Made by a program: the position numbers and the translations under genes. The notes under the pieces were generated by a model, which saw only the letters and a list, made by a program, of their open reading frames with translations, searched no databases and was not told the origin of the DNA. A stretch of DNA of 64,000 nt from NCBI GenBank assembly GCA_963715335.1, contig CAVQRZ010000012.1, positions 9,983 to 73,982 of the forward strand, read 5' to 3'. Of this stretch, positions 60,726-64,000 are shown one piece after another. Each line of letters begins with the position of its first letter. Position 1 is the first letter of the stretch. This stretch comes from an uncultured delta proteobacterium. Its GTDB lineage: Bacteria; Desulfobacterota; Desulfuromonadia; Desulfuromonadales; BM103.

Positions 60726-61201
60726 TCGACTGCAACCGTGGTGGTCTCATCCAGACGAATCGCCTTGATGCCGGCCCGCGGGACCACTGCCATGGCCATC
60801 GCCGCCCGGTCTTCGACCGGTATGGCCGTCATGGTCTCCATGGCAAGGATTTCGGCGACGCCGCCAGAGGTCAGCGCCACCTTGAAAATATTCGTGCGGT
60901 TGTAATAGACGACGTTGCGGCTGAAAACCACCAGGTCGTTCTTGAAATCCACGGCCGGAAGCGCCTCTTCCGGCATAAAGCCCTGCCAGACCCTGGCGAA
61001 GGTGGCTGCGTCACCGATATACCCGACCCGGTTTTGCTGCTGGCCGTCGGGCAACAGCCCGAGTGCGGCAACCGGGTAATCGCCACTCCATTTGGCACTT
61101 GGCAGCAGATCCTGTGGCCCGCTGCTTTGTACGGCGACCGGCGCACAAGCGAACAGGCAGCCGAGGCCAACGACGAGGCTGATGGCGACCAGTCTGGACA
61201 T
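60722..61201 (-). CDS. Hypothetical lipoprotein
   Basis: Lipobox LFAC; AAGGAG RBS; stop overlaps the next start. Confidence 0.7.
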   Translation of the reverse strand: MSRLVAISLVVGLGCLFACAPVAVQSSGPQDLLPSAKWSGDYPVAALGLLPDGQQQNRVGYIGDAATFARVWQGFMPEEALPAVDFKNDLVVFSRNVVYYNRTNIFKVALTSGGVAEILAMETMTAIPVEDRAAMAMAVVPRAGIKAIRLDETTTVAVD

Positions 61202-61283
61202 CCTTTAAGCTCCTTCGAAACGCATGAGTTACTTTGCCTACCTTTGTTACCGCTTCAATAGTAAGCCACTTATGCCTGGAAGA

Positions 61284-63338
61284 TTACTCCCCCGCCGTAT
61301 ATTCCAAGAGGATCGTCACCGTTCTGTTGAACGCCCGGGCCTCAGGGGAGACGTTCTCATACAGTGGCACATCGGCACCAACCCCCTGATAGGTAATACG
61401 CGCGTCCTCAGCACCGTAATAATTAATGATCTGGTCGTAGACGCTCTTGGCCCGCCGCTCGGACAGCTTCAGGTTGTAATCCTCACTGCCGATGTTATCG
61501 GTGTGCCCGACGATAAGCACCTTCGCTTCGGGCAGTTCGCGAATCCGGGCAACAATCTCCGCAACAATGGCCAGGTTGCGGTCACCGACCGAGTCGCTGT
61601 CGAAGTCGAACAGGATCAGGGCATATTTTTCCTGGACCAGGTAATCCTGCTGCTGTGCCAGCAGCTGGCTGGTCTGGATGAAGTTGACCTGCACCGGGGA
61701 TGCCGGCACCTCCAGCATCTGCCCTTTCAGGTCCTCGGCCTGCAGGGTAACCTGGAGATCGCCGCCAGCGGCCAGTTCCTTGAAGCTTTTCGCCGTCAGG
61801 GGAGCAAGCACCACCGACGGTGGACTCCCCTCGCCCCGACGTTCCGTGACCATGCCATCGGCATTTTCCACAAAGACGTGCCAACGGGAAAACCCGTAGG
61901 CCGAATCGGTCGCCGGCTTGATAGTCAAAAACGAACTGTCGGCCCGGTAGGCAATGTACCTGCTCCGGACCAAATCGAGAATTTCCTGCGCATCGGTCAG
62001 CACCTCCACCCGCCGGTTATCCGCCTTGCCCTCTTCCAGTCGACTGGCGCTCGGCATGGCCGGCAGGTTACGTGCTTCAATGGTGAACCTTGCCGGATCA
62101 ATGCCCCAGACCTCCTGCAGATAATCGCGTACAGCCTCGGCCCGGGCAGTGGAAAGGGCCTTGTTGCCCTTTTCCACACCGTCGTTGGCGTTGCAGCCGA
62201 CCAGGGTGATTGCCGCTTCGGGGTGATCGGCCATTCGTTTGCCGAGGATATTCAGGACCTGGTAATACTTCTCGAGGGTGTCTTCAAACCTGCTCTCGTC
62301 AAATTCCGCCACCTGTGCGGCGTTCTCCATGCGCACATACTGTTCGGGGATGCTGCTTTCACCTTCCATAAAATAGATATGCCCGAGCATCGGCGAGGCA
62401 TCGAAGGTCTTGATCTCCTCGATGGTCAAGCTGGCCGGTTCTAACTCGAGCTTGCCCTGGGGGGTGAAAATATAATTGACAATATAATAGCGCTGCAGAT
62501 CGGTTGCCACTGCCTGGAAGATCGGGGCCAGGCCGGCAGTATCCTTGGCTTTCCAGATCGCACCGTTGCTGGCCGAGGCAAATCCCTGCAGTGCCGGCAT
62601 CAGCTCCTCGGAAGGCATGAAATCGATGGCATAGGCACCAAACTGCGGCAAGCCCTGCGCTGCTTGCTCAACGTCATCGATCGTCACAGAACTGCCCCGA
62701 TCCTCACCATCGGAGAAGACAACCATGAACTTCTGTTCCTCCGCCGGGACTTTTCTCAACAGATCGTAGCCGGCCAGCATCGCCTCAAACAGCCAGGTCT
62801 CGTAAGTGATGTGTTTGCCGTTATAGGCCTGGTCCAAAAACCGCCGCATTTCCCCTGTATCGCTGGTCTGCAGGACGTTAACGTGCAGGTCGCGGCCAGC
62901 CACAGAAAGGGTCTTATGCTTGTCGAACACGATCAAGGAGACACGGTCGATGGGTCGGAATATCTTCAGCAGCTCTTCGGTAGCGGCCTTTAGCGGCTCC
63001 ACAGCATCGCGTTTCTGCATCGAATCGGAATTGTCAAGGACCAATATGATATTGAGCGGTACATCAAATTCTTCGGCGAACGGGACCACGGAGGTCACAG
63101 TGGCTTGTCGCCCGCTCTGCTTGATAATGAAATCTTTGAGCGCCAGGCCAAGCAACGGGTGTTTCTCGGCATCTTCAACACTGATGACCAGTTTGCCCTC
63201 TTCAACGACCCGGTCCACCTGCACCCTGGCGCCAGGGTTGGCGACCGAAATGTCCAGAGCCATCTCACCTGCAGCAAAAGCCTGCGATGTAACCAGCAGG
63301 CAGCCGATACATAACCAGCCAATCCATCCGCGTTTCAT
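61284..63338 (-). CDS. Exported vWA + two OmpA-like (peptidoglycan-binding) domain protein
   Basis: MIDAS DNSDS...FSDGED; ALSTARAEAVRDYL...NRRVE; FDFDS...GHTDNIG...LSERRA...NRTV. Confidence 0.85.
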   Translation of the reverse strand: MKRGWIGWLCIGCLLVTSQAFAAGEMALDISVANPGARVQVDRVVEEGKLVISVEDAEKHPLLGLALKDFIIKQSGRQATVTSVVPFAEEFDVPLNIILVLDNSDSMQKRDAVEPLKAATEELLKIFRPIDRVSLIVFDKHKTLSVAGRDLHVNVLQTSDTGEMRRFLDQAYNGKHITYETWLFEAMLAGYDLLRKVPAEEQKFMVVFSDGEDRGSSVTIDDVEQAAQGLPQFGAYAIDFMPSEELMPALQGFASASNGAIWKAKDTAGLAPIFQAVATDLQRYYIVNYIFTPQGKLELEPASLTIEEIKTFDASPMLGHIYFMEGESSIPEQYVRMENAAQVAEFDESRFEDTLEKYYQVLNILGKRMADHPEAAITLVGCNANDGVEKGNKALSTARAEAVRDYLQEVWGIDPARFTIEARNLPAMPSASRLEEGKADNRRVEVLTDAQEILDLVRSRYIAYRADSSFLTIKPATDSAYGFSRWHVFVENADGMVTERRGEGSPPSVVLAPLTAKSFKELAAGGDLQVTLQAEDLKGQMLEVPASPVQVNFIQTSQLLAQQQDYLVQEKYALILFDFDSDSVGDRNLAIVAEIVARIRELPEAKVLIVGHTDNIGSEDYNLKLSERRAKSVYDQIINYYGAEDARITYQGVGADVPLYENVSPEARAFNRTVTILLEYTAGE

Positions 63339-63362
63339 TCTCTCCTCCAGCATTCCAGTTAT

Positions 63363-64000
63363 TCAGTCCGTACGAGGCACGACGACAATCCCGGAGTCCG
63401 TCACCGTGTACCCCTTGCGCCGATCCGCCGCCAGGTCGTAGCCTATCTTTGTGCCATCCGGAATCTCCACATTTTTGTCGATGATGGCCTTGCGAATCAT
63501 TACGTTACGCCCGACACTGACGTTTTCGAAAAGAATGGAATTTTCGATCAGGCTGTAGCTATGAATCCTGCATCGGGGACCGAGGATAGAGCGTCTGACC
63601 GTGCTGCCGCTCGTGATGCAACCCGCGCAAACATAGGAGTCGATGTTCTGGCCGCGGCGGTCGTCATCGTCAAAAACGGTCTTGGCCGGGGGCAGGTTCC
63701 CCTGGTTGGTAAGAATTGGCCACCTGTAGTTGTAGAGATTCAGTTGCGGTGAGACGTCGACGAGGTCCATGTTGGCCTCGTAGTAAGAATCCAGGGTTCC
63801 CACATCCCGCCAGTAACCCCGTTCTTCGGCTCTCATGCCGGGGATCACGTTATCGTTAAAATTGTACGCAAAGACCCGGTCGTCATTCGCCAGCATCATC
63901 GGAATCACGTGTTTGCCAAAATCCAGGTCTGCATGGATTTTCTTCCCTTCCTGCAGCACTTTGATCAATTTCCGGGTAGGAAAGATATAGTTGCCCATCG
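63363..64000 (-). CDS. glgC: Glucose-1-phosphate adenylyltransferase, C-terminal part (runs off the right edge)
   Basis: MGNYIF, DFGKHVIP, YWRDVGTLDSYYEANMDL, LbH repeats, IIDKNV. Confidence 0.95.
   Translation of the reverse strand, partial: MGNYIFPTRKLIKVLQEGKKIHADLDFGKHVIPMMLANDDRVFAYNFNDNVIPGMRAEERGYWRDVGTLDSYYEANMDLVDVSPQLNLYNYRWPILTNQGNLPPAKTVFDDDDRRGQNIDSYVCAGCITSGSTVRRSILGPRCRIHSYSLIENSILFENVSVGRNVMIRKAIIDKNVEIPDGTKIGYDLAADRRKGYTVTDSGIVVVPRTD

Overview
Bacterial chromosomal window. Gene content and style suggest a Desulfuromonadales/Geobacter-like deltaproteobacterium (inference). Bases 1-~11030 are visibly more AT-rich than the rest. They carry a minus-strand catabolic module (TRAP dctPQM, RidA, GntR, hyi, glxR, glycerate 2-kinase, pyruvate kinase, aldo/keto reductase) with an identical 22-bp operator-like motif before dctP and hyi, and end in an orphan IS21-like terminal repeat array. 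The GC-rich backbone holds glnA (with a candidate sRNA upstream), mltG, plsY, a YdbH/YdbL-like pair, a hemerythrin/Zn-ribbon/ferritin-REC group, moaA, a pilT paralogue, a ThiI-like gene, CIRCE-groES-groEL, an ArsS-type radical SAM, a degenerate HD-GYP, pcrA/uvrD, CLC, nhaA, pqiAABC (pqiB frameshifted by a 4-bp duplication), tamA-tamB (327-bp internal duplication) and partial glgC. The best candidate for an undescribed system is a translationally coupled two-gene operon (49735-51113): a CBS-like + Swt1-type HEPN (RxxxxH) protein and a stand-alone HD phosphohydrolase, next to a ~530-bp MITE/REP-like element. No tRNA, rRNA or CRISPR array was seen. All family assignments come from motif recognition, not database searches.
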